Assembly (NCBI GenBank): GCA_965226495.1
Contig: OZ245365.1
Location: 4,576,001-4,640,000, forward strand
DNA length: 64,000 bases
Reading direction: 5' to 3'
From: Candidatus Marinacidobacterales bacterium
GTDB taxonomy: Bacteria; Acidobacteriota; Vicinamibacteria; Marinacidobacterales; DATDRI01
Shown here one piece after another: positions 19,938 to 30,205 of the stretch. A program made the position numbers and the translations under genes. The notes under the pieces were generated by a model, which searched no databases, was not told the origin of the DNA, and was given only the letters and a program-made list of their open reading frames with translations. How positions within the stretch are numbered: position 1 is the first letter of the stretch; the number at the start of each line of letters is the position of its first letter.

Positions 19938-22402
19938 ACTTCCTCGTTCCGGCCGCGGGTTCTCTCTAACTTTCGCCCTCCGTGCCATCGTCCTTCGGGA
20001 ACAGCGTCTAAGGAACAGCGTCTGAAGCATCAGGTGCGTTCGATTTCTCCAGCTCGACCAGCCAGACCCGTCATGAAATTCGCCGCCGACGTAGGCATAG
20101 CCCTTTTGCTCTAGCGTCTCCGCAAAAGCCAGGCCGTCACCTCTGGTATCCCACCCTTCTTTCTCGCTCTTGGTGTCATACTTGGTCCAGTCGAGATAAA
20201 TGGTGAGCGGTTGCCTCCCTGGACTAGACATGAGGGCTGAATTCTGCTCCCGATAGCCATTCTCCCAAACGATGGATTGCAGTCCGAGCTTGCCAAACAT
20301 CCCCGGATGCTTCACCGCGGTATAGAAGCTCATAAAAGCTGTCTCTGCGGAACCGACTAGCGCCCTCGAGCCGGCGCCGTCCGATACTGGGTAGCGCCCC
20401 TCGACCAGCGGAACGATCTCCTCGACCAGCACCTTCTCGTAGAGATCCTTCTGTGCGCCAGCGTAGGTTTGATAAAAAGTTCGATAGCTGTAGCCACCGT
20501 CGTCCTGCTCGCCTGGAATCGGAATGAAAACGACGAGGATCGGCTCGATGCTATGGCCGACCAAGTTGTCGAGGGTGTTCGTAAATCTACCAAGCTGGAT
20601 CGCCTGGTTGCCGTTGTGTACGTAGGCCACGGGGTATTCTCTGTCGGGCTGGTAGCCGCGTGGCAAGTAGATTTTGAGCGGCAGGCCCATGTCCAGGTAT
20701 CGGCTCTCGAGCGCAACCTCCTCGAGCCGGCCGCGCGATTCGGCAGGGGGCTCCTCGAGATGGATCGGTGCGACCCATTCGGGCATGGCCATATAGGACA
20801 TCGTGTCTTCGTAAAAGACGAGGGTTTCCATAGGATTCCGCGGATCTTGCAAACGAGTTTCGAAATCCCGAATGAAGCCGTAATCGACGCGGGCGTCGGA
20901 CTCCAAGCGCACCGAGTAGTAGAAGAAATCGGTTTCCTCGACCCGGTTCATCGGGCGGTCCGTTCGTGCGCCGAAAAGATCGCTGAAGAGTGCCATATCC
21001 TCGCCGACTCCCCGGTAAACGAAGTGCACCATGTCGTTCCCTTCGACAATCGGAAACTGCGGTTGGGTTGCCAGGAACTCGTCGAGCAAGATTGTCTTTT
21101 GGTCGGAGGCCTCGACGCTAGCGATGAAACGTCCGAACTCCGATTCGGAGATGGCTCCTTGTTGCTCCCGGTCGAGGGTCATCCGTTCGTCCACATCGAC
21201 GACGTCGACGCGGGCCCATTCCCCCATGCTGCGAAGATAAAGGCTCCCATTGGCGAAGCTGGCCGGCGTCCACACCAGGTCGTCAAAGAGGTGAACGCGG
21301 GCAATCTCCTTGTATCCTTCGGGGGATGCTGGAGCCATGCTGAGATCTCCGTCCTTGGTGACGATCACCAGATGGCCGTCGAGCAGAATCGGGAAGCCGT
21401 CGCCCGGCGGCCGTGACTTCCAGACGAGCTCGCCCTCCTCTTCGCTGACCGCGCTCAGAATACGGCTGTTGTAGCCGTAGAAATAGCCCTCGTGATAGAC
21501 AGGAACAACGTAGGTGTTCTTGATGTGGCGACTCTGCCAGGCTTCCCTAGCGCCGGGCTGGTCTCCACCGTTCAGCTCGAAGAGCTTCGAGCTTCCGTGG
21601 TGATTATTGATGAAGACGAGGTCGCCGGAGCCTTTGACGATGTTGGTGCTCCGGCTGCCGATGTCCCTTGTGTCGCCGCCATGCTCCACGGTCCAGAGCA
21701 ACTCGCCTGAGGCGGGATCGAGCCCGAGCAACTTTTCATTTCCGATGCCCAGCAAAAGCGGCCGACCTTCTACTGTCGTCAGTATCGGCGACTGGTAGTC
21801 GATCGAATCGTCGCCCGCCGTCCAGCGCACGTTACCGCTTGCGGCCTCGAACGCCGTGATCGCCTTCCCCTTCGGTCCCCCGGTTTCGACAATGACGGTG
21901 TCGCCGAACGGGATCGGCGCGCTGGCGAAGCCGTAGAAGGGAACCACGGACTCCCGATCGTTGGGCAGGCTTAAAGACCACAGCTCCTGCCCGGTCTCGA
22001 AATCGAAGGAGAAGAATTGTCCCGAGGTATCCAGCACAAAGACGCGCCCGTCGGCGATCATGGGTGTAGAGATAGGGCCGTCCCGCGAGCCCCAGTGGCC
22101 GGGATAACGCGGCCCGAGCCTGGATCGCCACAGCTCTTCTCCACTCTCGGCGTCGAAGGCGGCAACATAATCAGAGGTCGCGTCCGCAAACATGGTTACG
22201 GCGACACCATCCACCACTGAGATCGCGGAGTAGCCAGAGCCGAGCGGCCTCTTCCAAACGACGTTCAACCGATAGTTCTCGCCGGGCTGCAGTTTCCTCG
22301 TTCCAGTGGCGGTCAGATCCATGTTGACGCCCCCCTCCGTGCCAACATGCTTGAGACACTCCGCCCCTTGAAATTAGTGTGGAAGGCGGAGGAGGATCAT
22401 GA

Positions 22403-22870
22403 ATGAGTCTGTTGACTGAGAAGACGAACTTGGCGGGGTCGGAAGGAGCCGGAAGGGCGACTGTAGAGCCCGCCCGCCGCGAAGCAGTGGTGGCCCCGGA
22501 TCCCGAAGTGAGTGAACAAGCGAAGCGTCGACGCTTTACCGCGGAGTACAAGCTGCGGATACTGCGTGAAGCGGATGCCTGCAAGGGCGATGGCGATGTG
22601 GGAGCGCTTCTGCGTCGAGAAGGACTGTACTCGTCGCTCCTGTCGAGTTGGCGTCGCCAGCGGGATGAGATTGCGGGGGTCGGGCTCGCCGCAATCAAGC
22701 GGGGACGAAAGGGCAAGGTCGAGGATCCTCGAGTCAAGGAACTCGCGCGCGAGAACACGCGACTGAAGCGTCGCCTCGCTCGGGTGGAGACGATGCTCGA
22801 GATCCAAAAAAAAGCCTCCGAGCTCCTGGGGATCCCCCTGAATCCGCCCGACAGCGACGAGAACGATTGA
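22403..22870 (+). CDS. IS3 transposase OrfA
   Basis: RRRFTAEYKLRIL HTH; A8G slippery run at ~22806 opens into the -1 (OrfB) frame without stops. Confidence 0.88.
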   Translation: MSLLTEKTNLAGSEGAGRATVEPARREAVVAPDPEVSEQAKRRRFTAEYKLRILREADACKGDGDVGALLRREGLYSSLLSSWRRQRDEIAGVGLAAIKRGRKGKVEDPRVKELARENTRLKRRLARVETMLEIQKKASELLGIPLNPPDSDEND

Positions 22871-24006
22871 TGGCGGCGGCCGAGGAGCTGGCGGGACGGA
22901 TTGGACAGACAGCGGAAGCGTGTGAGGCCCTGGGAGTCGTTCGTTCTACGCTGTATCGTCGTCGTCGGCCGGTGACGTCCAGACCGAAGCGTCGCCCTCG
23001 GCCCCACCGAGCCCTTGGCGAAACCGAGCGAGAGCAGGTGCTCGGCGCCTTGCACTCCGAGCAGTTTGTCGACAAGGCGCCCGCCGAAATGTGGGCCACG
23101 CTTCTGGACGAGGGAACCTACTACTGCTCGATCCGCACGATGTATCGGATATTGTCGGAGCACGGAGAAGTCCGAGAACGCCGGAACCAGCTGCGCCATC
23201 CGAACTACCGCAAGCCGGAGCTGTTGGCCGAAACCCCGAACCAGGTTTGGTCGTGGGACATCACGAAACTTCGTGGTCCGGTCAAGTGGACCTACTACTA
23301 CCTCTACGTCATCCTGGACATCTTCTCCCGCTACGTGACGGGCTGGATGCTGGCTCACCGAGAAAGCGCCGAGCTCGCTCGTCGTCTCATCGGCGAGAGC
23401 TGTCGCAAGCAAGGCATTGAACCAGGCCAGCTCACCATCCACGCGGATCGGGGCAGCTCGATGCGAAGCAAGTCCGTCGCCTTGCTCCTGGCCGATCTCG
23501 GCGTGACCAAGACTCACTCCCGACCTCACGTCTCGAACGACAATCCCTACTCCGAGTCTCAGTTCAAGACGCTGAAGTATTGCCCCCAGTTCCCGCGTCG
23601 TTTCGGCTCCATCGAAGATGCTCGCCTGTTCTCCCGCAACTTCTTCGACTACTACAACTACGAACACCGGCACTCGGGAATCGGTCTCATGACACCGGCC
23701 GTCGTTCATCAGGGTCGCGCCGAACAACTCAACGCGGCTCGCCGACACACGCTCCTCGCCGCTCATCGGGCTCATCCCGAACGCTTCGTCCGTGGAAGAC
23801 CTCAACCCCCTGTTTTGCCGTCTCAGGCTTGGATCAACCCTCCACCTGAGAAAAAGACGCGCGAGGATCGCCTAGGAACCACTTTCTCCGGGTGGTCCAT
23901 ACCTGGGGTCCCCCCTTTTTCCGCTCCACGTAACGAGATCTCGATCCAGGCAGACGTGGACAAAAACCACGTCACGAGCCTCCTGACACCAATCGAGGCT
24001 CACTAA
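22867..24006 (+). CDS. IS3 transposase OrfB (DDE integrase core)
   Basis: PNQVWSWDIT, HADRGS, DNPYSESQFKTLK. Confidence 0.92.
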   Translation: MMAAAEELAGRIGQTAEACEALGVVRSTLYRRRRPVTSRPKRRPRPHRALGETEREQVLGALHSEQFVDKAPAEMWATLLDEGTYYCSIRTMYRILSEHGEVRERRNQLRHPNYRKPELLAETPNQVWSWDITKLRGPVKWTYYYLYVILDIFSRYVTGWMLAHRESAELARRLIGESCRKQGIEPGQLTIHADRGSSMRSKSVALLLADLGVTKTHSRPHVSNDNPYSESQFKTLKYCPQFPRRFGSIEDARLFSRNFFDYYNYEHRHSGIGLMTPAVVHQGRAEQLNAARRHTLLAAHRAHPERFVRGRPQPPVLPSQAWINPPPEKKTREDRLGTTFSGWSIPGVPPFSAPRNEISIQADVDKNHVTSLLTPIEAH

Positions 24007-24191
24007 ATGCAAGCTCCCGGGTGTCTCAATGTTGTTGACACGCTCCGCCCCGCCAGACGGGCCAGTCTCTTTCAGTATGTTGGGCGGAGGCTAGAGGCGA
24101 GACCGCAAAGGCCAAAGCGAGCGAAGCCAGAATGGTTGTCCTTCGTCGAAGATGGCAAACGCGCCGTTTCATCAGCACCTCCTTGATCAGT

Positions 24192-24224
24192 GTGAAAATA
24201 GCTCCGCACAGGCTGAAGAGTCAA
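24192..24224 (-). promoter_or_regulatory. Repeated promoter element, copy 5
   Basis: TTGACT-18 bp-TATTTT directly before the RBS of the propeller-esterase gene. Confidence 0.7.
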
Positions 24225-24343
24225 AGGGGTCCTCTGTCCCCAGACTCCACATGAAACCCAAGCACGTTTTCAGCTTCTTTGTTCAGCACGTCGGTCGCTG
24301 CAATTGATGAGTTCTCGAGTCCACGAACCTCTCACGAAGCCAT

Positions 24344-27214
24344 CTATTTCGCCGTCACCGGCCCAAGATAACGGTCGAGCCAATCCAAGGTCTCCCGGAT
24401 AATCTCGTTCCTGTCGGAAGGGATGTGTCCTCCTTCGAGACGGGCGTGGCGCTTGTCAGCCTCGGGGGCACCCAGCAGGCGAAAGAGTGGAAGCTGGGAA
24501 GCCTCGAAGGCATAGAGGTGGTCGTCGCGGCCGTTGATCATGAGCGTGGGGACGCGGGACCGGGGGGCGAAATTGACTAACTCCATCTCGGGTGGCACCT
24601 TCCTCCATAGGCCGCCCGCAAGGAGCACGCTCGCCTTGAACCGCGGGTCGATGGCGGTGAAAATGGGTCCGTAGACGGATCCAGTGCTGAAGCTGTAGTA
24701 AGCGAGCCTCTCGCTGTCGATGTCATCCCGCGCCTCCAGGTAATCGAGTGTCCGGCCGACGTCCTTGGACCACTGGATCGTCAGGTCCCGCCATGCGTTG
24801 GGCTCGAAGGGGGGGAACGTCACGAAGCGCTCGTACATGCCCTTGTAAACGGGGTAGACGAGGGCCCGCCCGCTTCGTGGGATGAAATCGAAGAGGAACT
24901 CCGAAGCCAGGCTCTTGCTGGACGGGAGAAAGAAAGCGTCGTCGCCGGGAAACCAGATCACCGTCTGGTAGGGCGGTACGGCGTTGCGCGGCAGAAACAG
25001 GTAGGCGGTAACCCGCTCGTTTCCGTACGCCGCATCGAACGAGACCGTCTCCTTTCGCCAGTAGGGCGAACTGTCGTCCACGGCCTCGACTTCCGCTTCG
25101 AGGTCGGTCGGGTCGTAGGCATACATGCGGCTATAGGCCTCGAAGACCTCCTGGGCGACCGGCTCCTCCTTGCCGTAGTCGAAGGCATTCGCCGGGCTCA
25201 GCAAGGCCTTTTCGAGAGGGGCGTTGAACTTGGCGCATCGGAAGCCGTAGGTCGCCGACCGCTCGAACGGTAACTGTGCGTCAGGGGACTGCTTGAACAT
25301 GTAGGGTGGGTTGCCCCAAGACCCGCCGAGGATGTAGCGCTTGCTGGCCGTGGCGTTCCAGCACCATTCCTTGACGTTGCCGGCCATGTCGTACGTCCCG
25401 TAGTCGCCGAGTCCGGGGTGGCTCCCCACCGGCGCCGGGCCCTCTGTCCCGAAGTTGCTGAACCGAACGATGTCGGAGAGCTGGTCCTGGGCAGCAGCCT
25501 TGTACCAGTGGTAGATCGTCGGGAGGCTCTTGCCGACGAACGCGCAGTAAGCGGCCGCCTCGTACCAACTCACGCCGCCGACCGGAAAGCTGTCCTGCCC
25601 CTCGGCGTAGGTGCCAAGCTGCCAGGTGGCTGGACCCGGCCGTCCCGTTGCGTCGCGGAACGAGGCCATAGCCTCCTCCCACGACAACTCCATCCCGTCT
25701 TCGAGGAACGGCTCGGTCCAGTGCCCGGGGTTCTGGTACCCACCCCCGTCTACGAACTCTTGGTATTGCCGATTTGTGACTTCGAACCGGTCGAGGTAGT
25801 AGTCGCCAGGGTCGAGGTTGGGCAGGTCCGGCCGAGTCAGCGGCCCGCCGGGCACCCGGACCATGCCATCCGGTCGCGCGCCGGCAGCATCGAGGGGAAA
25901 CCCCGCCGCGAATGCGCGAAAAGGGTCCCCGAATGGGGCGCCTTCGAACGTCTCGAATCCCTCCTTGCTGATTCTCCAGCGCATTAGGGCGTAAGGGACG
26001 CGGACGCCTGCGAGCGGGGTCTGGCCCAGATGCTCCCACTGCGCGTCCGGCGTCGCGTAGCCTTTGACGTAGACGTCCGCGCCTTCGGGTTTGGTGTTGA
26101 TGATCACCGGCAACGTGATGCGCTCTACCGTCTCTTGGATTTCAGCGTCTTCGGGAATGTAGCTCTTCGCTTCGAGGGCCACGCGGTAGGCTTCGTAGAG
26201 CTCGCCCTTTTCGATCAGCCCGTTGATCTCTCGGAGCGCGTCGCCTCGCGCCCATCGTGCGCGCGAACCAAGCAGCCACATCCATGACGCGCCCGCGAGC
26301 ATAGCGACGAGCACGGCGATGACGACCTTCTTTCGCGCTGAAATTCCCCTGGGTTCCGCGACGCGCTGCCCGGCAAGTCGGAGCTCGTCGCCTAGTTCGC
26401 TGGCCGACGGGTAGCGCTTCTCCGGGTTTTTATCGAGGCAACGTTCTACGATCCTCTCGAGCTCTTTGGGCAAGTCGCGTCGTAGGCTCCTCAGTGGAGA
26501 CGGTGTATCGCGCAGAATCGCGCTGATGACGGCAGCGACCGATGAGCCTTCGAACGGCCGCTGGCCGCAGAGAAGCTCGTAGAGCACCACGCCGAAGGAG
26601 AATTGGTCCGATCGGTGATCCAACGGACTGCCTGCCGCCTGCTCGGGCGACATGTAATACGCCGTGCCGACGATGACGCCCGCGGCCGTGGCCTTCGTCA
26701 CCGTCGCCACCTTGGAATCGCCACCCGCTCCGCGAGCAGTCGGCTTCGCAAGACCGAAGTCCAGGATCTTGACCAGACCGTCGTCGGTCACCATCACATT
26801 GTCGGGCTTGAGATCGCGATGGACGATACCTGCCGCGTGGGCCTTGCCCAGCCCATCGCAGATTTGAGTGGCGAGGGCAATCGTCTTCGCAACCGGGAGT
26901 GGACCATCCGCCAGGAGCTCCCGAAGCGTTCGTCCCTCGACGAGCTCCATCGCGATATAGGTCGTGCCCTCGTGCTCGGCGATGTCGTAAATCGTAACGA
27001 TGTTGGGATGGTTCAGAGCCGACGCGCTGCGGGCTTCCCGCTCGAACCTCTGGAGGCGCTCGGCGTCGGAGGCGAACTCCCTCGGCAGAACCTTGATGGC
27101 AACGTCCCGGCGGAGCTTAATGTGCTTGGCGCGGTAGACCTCACCCATGCCCCCGGCACCGAGAGGTGACAGGATTTCGTAGGGACCAAGACGCGTGCCA
27201 GCGTTAAGAGCCAC
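24344..27214 (-). CDS. Ser/Thr kinase + TM + FGE/SUMF1-like domain + alpha/beta hydrolase
   Basis: Complete kinase motifs; FEVTN, PVGGVSWYEA, DMAGNVKEW, GFRC; C-terminal hydrolase fold. Confidence 0.9.
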   Translation of the reverse strand: MALNAGTRLGPYEILSPLGAGGMGEVYRAKHIKLRRDVAIKVLPREFASDAERLQRFEREARSASALNHPNIVTIYDIAEHEGTTYIAMELVEGRTLRELLADGPLPVAKTIALATQICDGLGKAHAAGIVHRDLKPDNVMVTDDGLVKILDFGLAKPTARGAGGDSKVATVTKATAAGVIVGTAYYMSPEQAAGSPLDHRSDQFSFGVVLYELLCGQRPFEGSSVAAVISAILRDTPSPLRSLRRDLPKELERIVERCLDKNPEKRYPSASELGDELRLAGQRVAEPRGISARKKVVIAVLVAMLAGASWMWLLGSRARWARGDALREINGLIEKGELYEAYRVALEAKSYIPEDAEIQETVERITLPVIINTKPEGADVYVKGYATPDAQWEHLGQTPLAGVRVPYALMRWRISKEGFETFEGAPFGDPFRAFAAGFPLDAAGARPDGMVRVPGGPLTRPDLPNLDPGDYYLDRFEVTNRQYQEFVDGGGYQNPGHWTEPFLEDGMELSWEEAMASFRDATGRPGPATWQLGTYAEGQDSFPVGGVSWYEAAAYCAFVGKSLPTIYHWYKAAAQDQLSDIVRFSNFGTEGPAPVGSHPGLGDYGTYDMAGNVKEWCWNATASKRYILGGSWGNPPYMFKQSPDAQLPFERSATYGFRCAKFNAPLEKALLSPANAFDYGKEEPVAQEVFEAYSRMYAYDPTDLEAEVEAVDDSSPYWRKETVSFDAAYGNERVTAYLFLPRNAVPPYQTVIWFPGDDAFFLPSSKSLASEFLFDFIPRSGRALVYPVYKGMYERFVTFPPFEPNAWRDLTIQWSKDVGRTLDYLEARDDIDSERLAYYSFSTGSVYGPIFTAIDPRFKASVLLAGGLWRKVPPEMELVNFAPRSRVPTLMINGRDDHLYAFEASQLPLFRLLGAPEADKRHARLEGGHIPSDRNEIIRETLDWLDRYLGPVTAK

Positions 27215-27281
27215 TAACCCCTCACCCTACCCTCTCCCCAAAGGGGAGAGAGTATAAAGGAAGGAAGCCATCTTCGTTGTG

Positions 27282-27313
27282 GTGAAAATAATCCTGGACA
27301 GCTTGAAAGTCAA
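27282..27313 (-). promoter_or_regulatory. Repeated promoter element, copy 6
   Basis: TTGACT-17 bp-TATTTT. Confidence 0.7.
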
Positions 27314-27353
27314 AGGCGGCTGGTAAGACTGGTTCCGCCCTAGCCGTTAGAGC

Positions 27354-27386
27354 ATGAAAATAGCCCTGCACAGGCCGAAAAGTCAA
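27354..27386 (-). promoter_or_regulatory. Repeated promoter element, copy 7 (tandem with copy 6)
   Basis: TTGACT-18 bp-TATTTT; followed by partial arm A at 27432-27478. Confidence 0.7.
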
Positions 27387-27524
27387 AGGGGACGACAGTT
27401 CGGGAGTTTAAGACTCGAGAGGATTCAATTTGCCACACTGTGCGGGAATTGGTGACAACTCAGGGCTACTGAGAGCAAGACGGGCGGCGAGCCTTTGCAT
27501 CATTTCGGTTACACTGGGTGACGA

Positions 27525-28451
27525 ATGACGCTCGAAGACGAGTTCCGGAACTACACCAACAAGCAATCCTACGAAGCGGTATTCGCGCGGCGAATGATGC
27601 TGCGCGAACGCCCCGGCGGTACGCGGGTGCTGGGTAATTCACAGCGGGAAGACTTCCTTCCGTTCCTTCATGCGCTATTGAAGCAGGTGCCAACGGCTGC
27701 CCACATCCTAGACGTGGGCGGAGGTGCGGGAGACATTGTTGATTTGGCGCTGGAGCGCCTGGAGGGAGCAACAATCCACGTTGAGGAACCGAATGAGGCG
27801 TTGCTTGAAAGCTACCGACAACGCCTTTCGGCCCATGCTTCACTAAAGTGCGGGACTCTTCATCCGGTGCCCGTAGAACGATTGCAGCTACCACTGAGCA
27901 TCGGAGGTACTGAGACCCTCTGCGATGCGGTGCTGGCCATTCATATGCTCTATTTCGTGGACGATCTCGTGGATACGCTTCGAGCTTTGTACGGCTCTCT
28001 TCGACCGGGCGGTGTCTTGTTCGTTGTAATCGCAGACCAGTTGATTTCGACAACGGGCCGTGCCGGAAGGTTTCACTACGCCCGCGTCGGGGACGAGAGC
28101 CGCGTTCACAAGCTAGATCAGTGTTGGGCTCTTCGTGAGGAATTGCTTGGTCAAGCTGGTATCGCCTCTCTTCTAGACCCAGAGTCTCCACCCATGGTCG
28201 AGGTGCATCGAACCGAGAGTTGGTTGTTTGGCCGAGACTCCGATGACGTTGTCGCGATGTGTCTGTCGGGGGAACTTCTATCCGCGGACGATGAGATGTT
28301 CGATCTTCGCAAACTGGAAAGCTGTAGGGCTTTCCTTGACGAGCACGGGGACACGGTCCGGTTCGGGGTCGAGGATCGCCCCATCCCCCAAAAGGGCTGG
28401 CACAGAGCCGCACAGCCACAGATCGTGACCGTGATTCGCCGAGGCGCGTAG
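27525..28451 (+). CDS. Class I SAM-dependent methyltransferase
   Basis: ILDVGGGAG motif I, LRPGG. Confidence 0.85.
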   Translation: MTLEDEFRNYTNKQSYEAVFARRMMLRERPGGTRVLGNSQREDFLPFLHALLKQVPTAAHILDVGGGAGDIVDLALERLEGATIHVEEPNEALLESYRQRLSAHASLKCGTLHPVPVERLQLPLSIGGTETLCDAVLAIHMLYFVDDLVDTLRALYGSLRPGGVLFVVIADQLISTTGRAGRFHYARVGDESRVHKLDQCWALREELLGQAGIASLLDPESPPMVEVHRTESWLFGRDSDDVVAMCLSGELLSADDEMFDLRKLESCRAFLDEHGDTVRFGVEDRPIPQKGWHRAAQPQIVTVIRRGA

Positions 28452-28463
28452 GAAAAGTTGCGT

Positions 28464-28571
28464 GCGGCCGAGGTTCGTGTCTCTGGCCCGGTAAACCTCA
28501 CCCATCCCACCCGCGCCGAGGGGCGAGAGGGTCTCGTAGGGACCTAGCTTACTTCCGGGGTTGAGTGACAT
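28464..28571 (-). pseudogene. Ser/Thr kinase 5' fragment
   Basis: [36 protein letters not shown]; near-identical to 1-146 at its start. Confidence 0.85.
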
Positions 28572-28591
28572 TACGTGAAACGCCGACGGTA

Positions 28592-29153
28592 CTAGGCTCG
28601 CTCCGGCTCGCGCCGGGCCCGGCCCAAAGAAGCGCTCACCCGAAGGACCATCACGAGTCCCAGGAGCAATGCCGGGGGACCAAAGACCAGTGGGAAACTG
28701 ATGGCTTTGAGAAAGTAAACGGAGGCCAAGGCGACCCACAGCCAGTAGAGGCCTAGGCCGACGTAGCGGGAATGGGGTCGAAAGTGCTAACAGGATGAGA
28801 AACGAGTAAGCACCTAGTCCGGCCACGACGTCAAAGGCAGAGCTTCGTTCGATGAGGTTCACGCCATGGGTATGAATCCCGAGCCATCCAACCGCAAGCG
28901 CGTGGATGCCGAACGAGATGGCGAGAGTGACCAGAATGCCGTGGCGGTTTCTGGCTAGCCAGGATGCAGAGCTGAAAAAGGGAGTGGCAAAGGCCACCAA
29001 GAAGATAAGAAACGACGCTCTCGCTGTCCAGCGAACGAGCTCCCTCACCCCCGGTTCGCCGATACCTTGGAGCACAAGGACGAGGGTCGCCATCGCGACC
29101 AAAAACGGCGCAGCCCAACGAGTCACCTTAGACGGCGGTTCTCTCTGCGTCAT
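28592..29153 (-). CDS. Membrane protein (ferric-reductase/MsrQ-like), one frameshift
   Basis: Multiple TM helices, TAR...F, WLxxNR, conserved His; frameshift near 28755. Confidence 0.55.
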
Positions 29154-29233
29154 GGAAGGAAGTCATTCGTGCCGCCCTCACCCTACCCTCTCCCAAAGGG
29201 AGAGGGAATAAAGGAAGGAAGCCATCTTCTGTT

Positions 29234-29266
29234 GTGGAAAATAGTCCTGCCCGGGCTGAAAGTCAA
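29234..29266 (-). promoter_or_regulatory. Repeated promoter element, copy 8
   Basis: TTGACT-17 bp-TATTTT with REP-bearing leader. Confidence 0.7.
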
Positions 29267-29355
29267 AGGATTGGGCCGGTGTTACAATCAAGGCCGCTTG
29301 CAGGTATCAGGCAAAAAAGGCGGAACTAATGATCCCATGGAGCTCAGAGGTAAGC

Positions 29356-29805
29356 ATGAAAAAGAAACGAAGCGTTCTGTTGGTTTTGTCCCTGTTTCTG
29401 CTGATTGGCTTTTTCGACCCTCTTCAGGCCACTACACGGGCCCAGGAATGGGAGGCTGAATCTTCAGTAGATAAAGATATAGACATGAAGGAATGGAATA
29501 ACCGGGTCCGTCGGGAGAAGTTTGACCTCCTTCTGCCTCAAATCATGAGGGAGCGCGACGTCGACAGATGGATCCATGTGATGAGACTAGCCATTCCCGA
29601 TAGATTTGGAGCAGAAGAACTGGGCAGTACTTCCGGCGTTTTCGTCTTCACCGACCACCGTGGCGGTGACAGGATCGAACGCGCGATTCTCGGACGTCGC
29701 TGGGGAGATAGACAGCGTGAACGGGGGGAGCGGGAGACCTTGGTTGAAGAGAGTGGCGCGTTCGACATCATTGGCGAGCCCGTTCGGGTGCAGGAACCGG
29801 CGTAG
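29356..29805 (+). pseudogene. N-terminal fragment of secreted M24 (Xaa-Pro) peptidase-like protein
   Basis: Signal peptide, REKFDLLLPQIMRERDVDRWIHVMR...FTDHRGGDRIERAILG. Confidence 0.6.
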
Positions 29806-30189
29806 ATCTGTGCTGGCACCGAAGAAATCGTAAGGATCGCCGTCGCTAGCGCGAATTCCCTCGTCGTGTCCGCCGAGCACGGCGCGCTCGATCCTATCGC
29901 CACCGCAATCGGTGAAGATGAAATAGGAGGTCGTGCCGCGCAGATCGAGCGGTGTCCCCCAGTCGAGCGCCAGAGGGTCCGGATTGCCATCGCGGATGAC
30001 ATGAATCCACATATCGACGCCGTTGTCGCGCATGGCGCCCGGCAATACGAGATCAAACTTCTCCCGTTGAATCAGCTCGAGCCGCTCGGCGCGAGCGCGG
30101 GCCTCCTGGGCCCCGGCGTCGACGCCCACTAGAGCGGTGGTGATGTAGGCGAGTGTGAGAATTATCTTGGTTGCGAGATTGAGTGACAT
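29802..30189 (-). pseudogene. Paralogous M24-like N-terminal fragment starting with kinase-type MSLN
   Basis: REKFDLVLPGAMRDNGVDMWIHVIR...FTDCGGDRIERAVLG. Confidence 0.6.
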
Positions 30190-30205
30190 GACCTCCCCTC
30201 TGAGC

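Larger units (their letters stand above)
22340..24040 (+). mobile_element. IS3-family insertion sequence
   Basis: 20-bp imperfect IRs TGCCAACATGCTTGAGACAC / GTGTCTCAATGTTGTTGACA; TG...CA ends; two ORFs. Confidence 0.88.
19902..24172 (-). pseudogene. Secreted PQQ-like propeller + esterase fusion gene interrupted by IS3
   Basis: 5' piece 24041-24172 (AAGGAGG RBS, signal peptide, DWPVWRG); 3' piece ends 22339; frame is restored if a 2-bp CG duplication is removed; C-terminal Fes-like esterase domain. Confidence 0.82.

Noticed and set aside
22171-23805. 544-aa minus-strand ORF
   Set aside because: Antisense shadow of the IS3 transposase.
28278-29153. Membrane protein-kinase fusion ORF
   Set aside because: Created by a one-base frameshift; the corrected membrane frame stops at 28592, before the kinase ATG.
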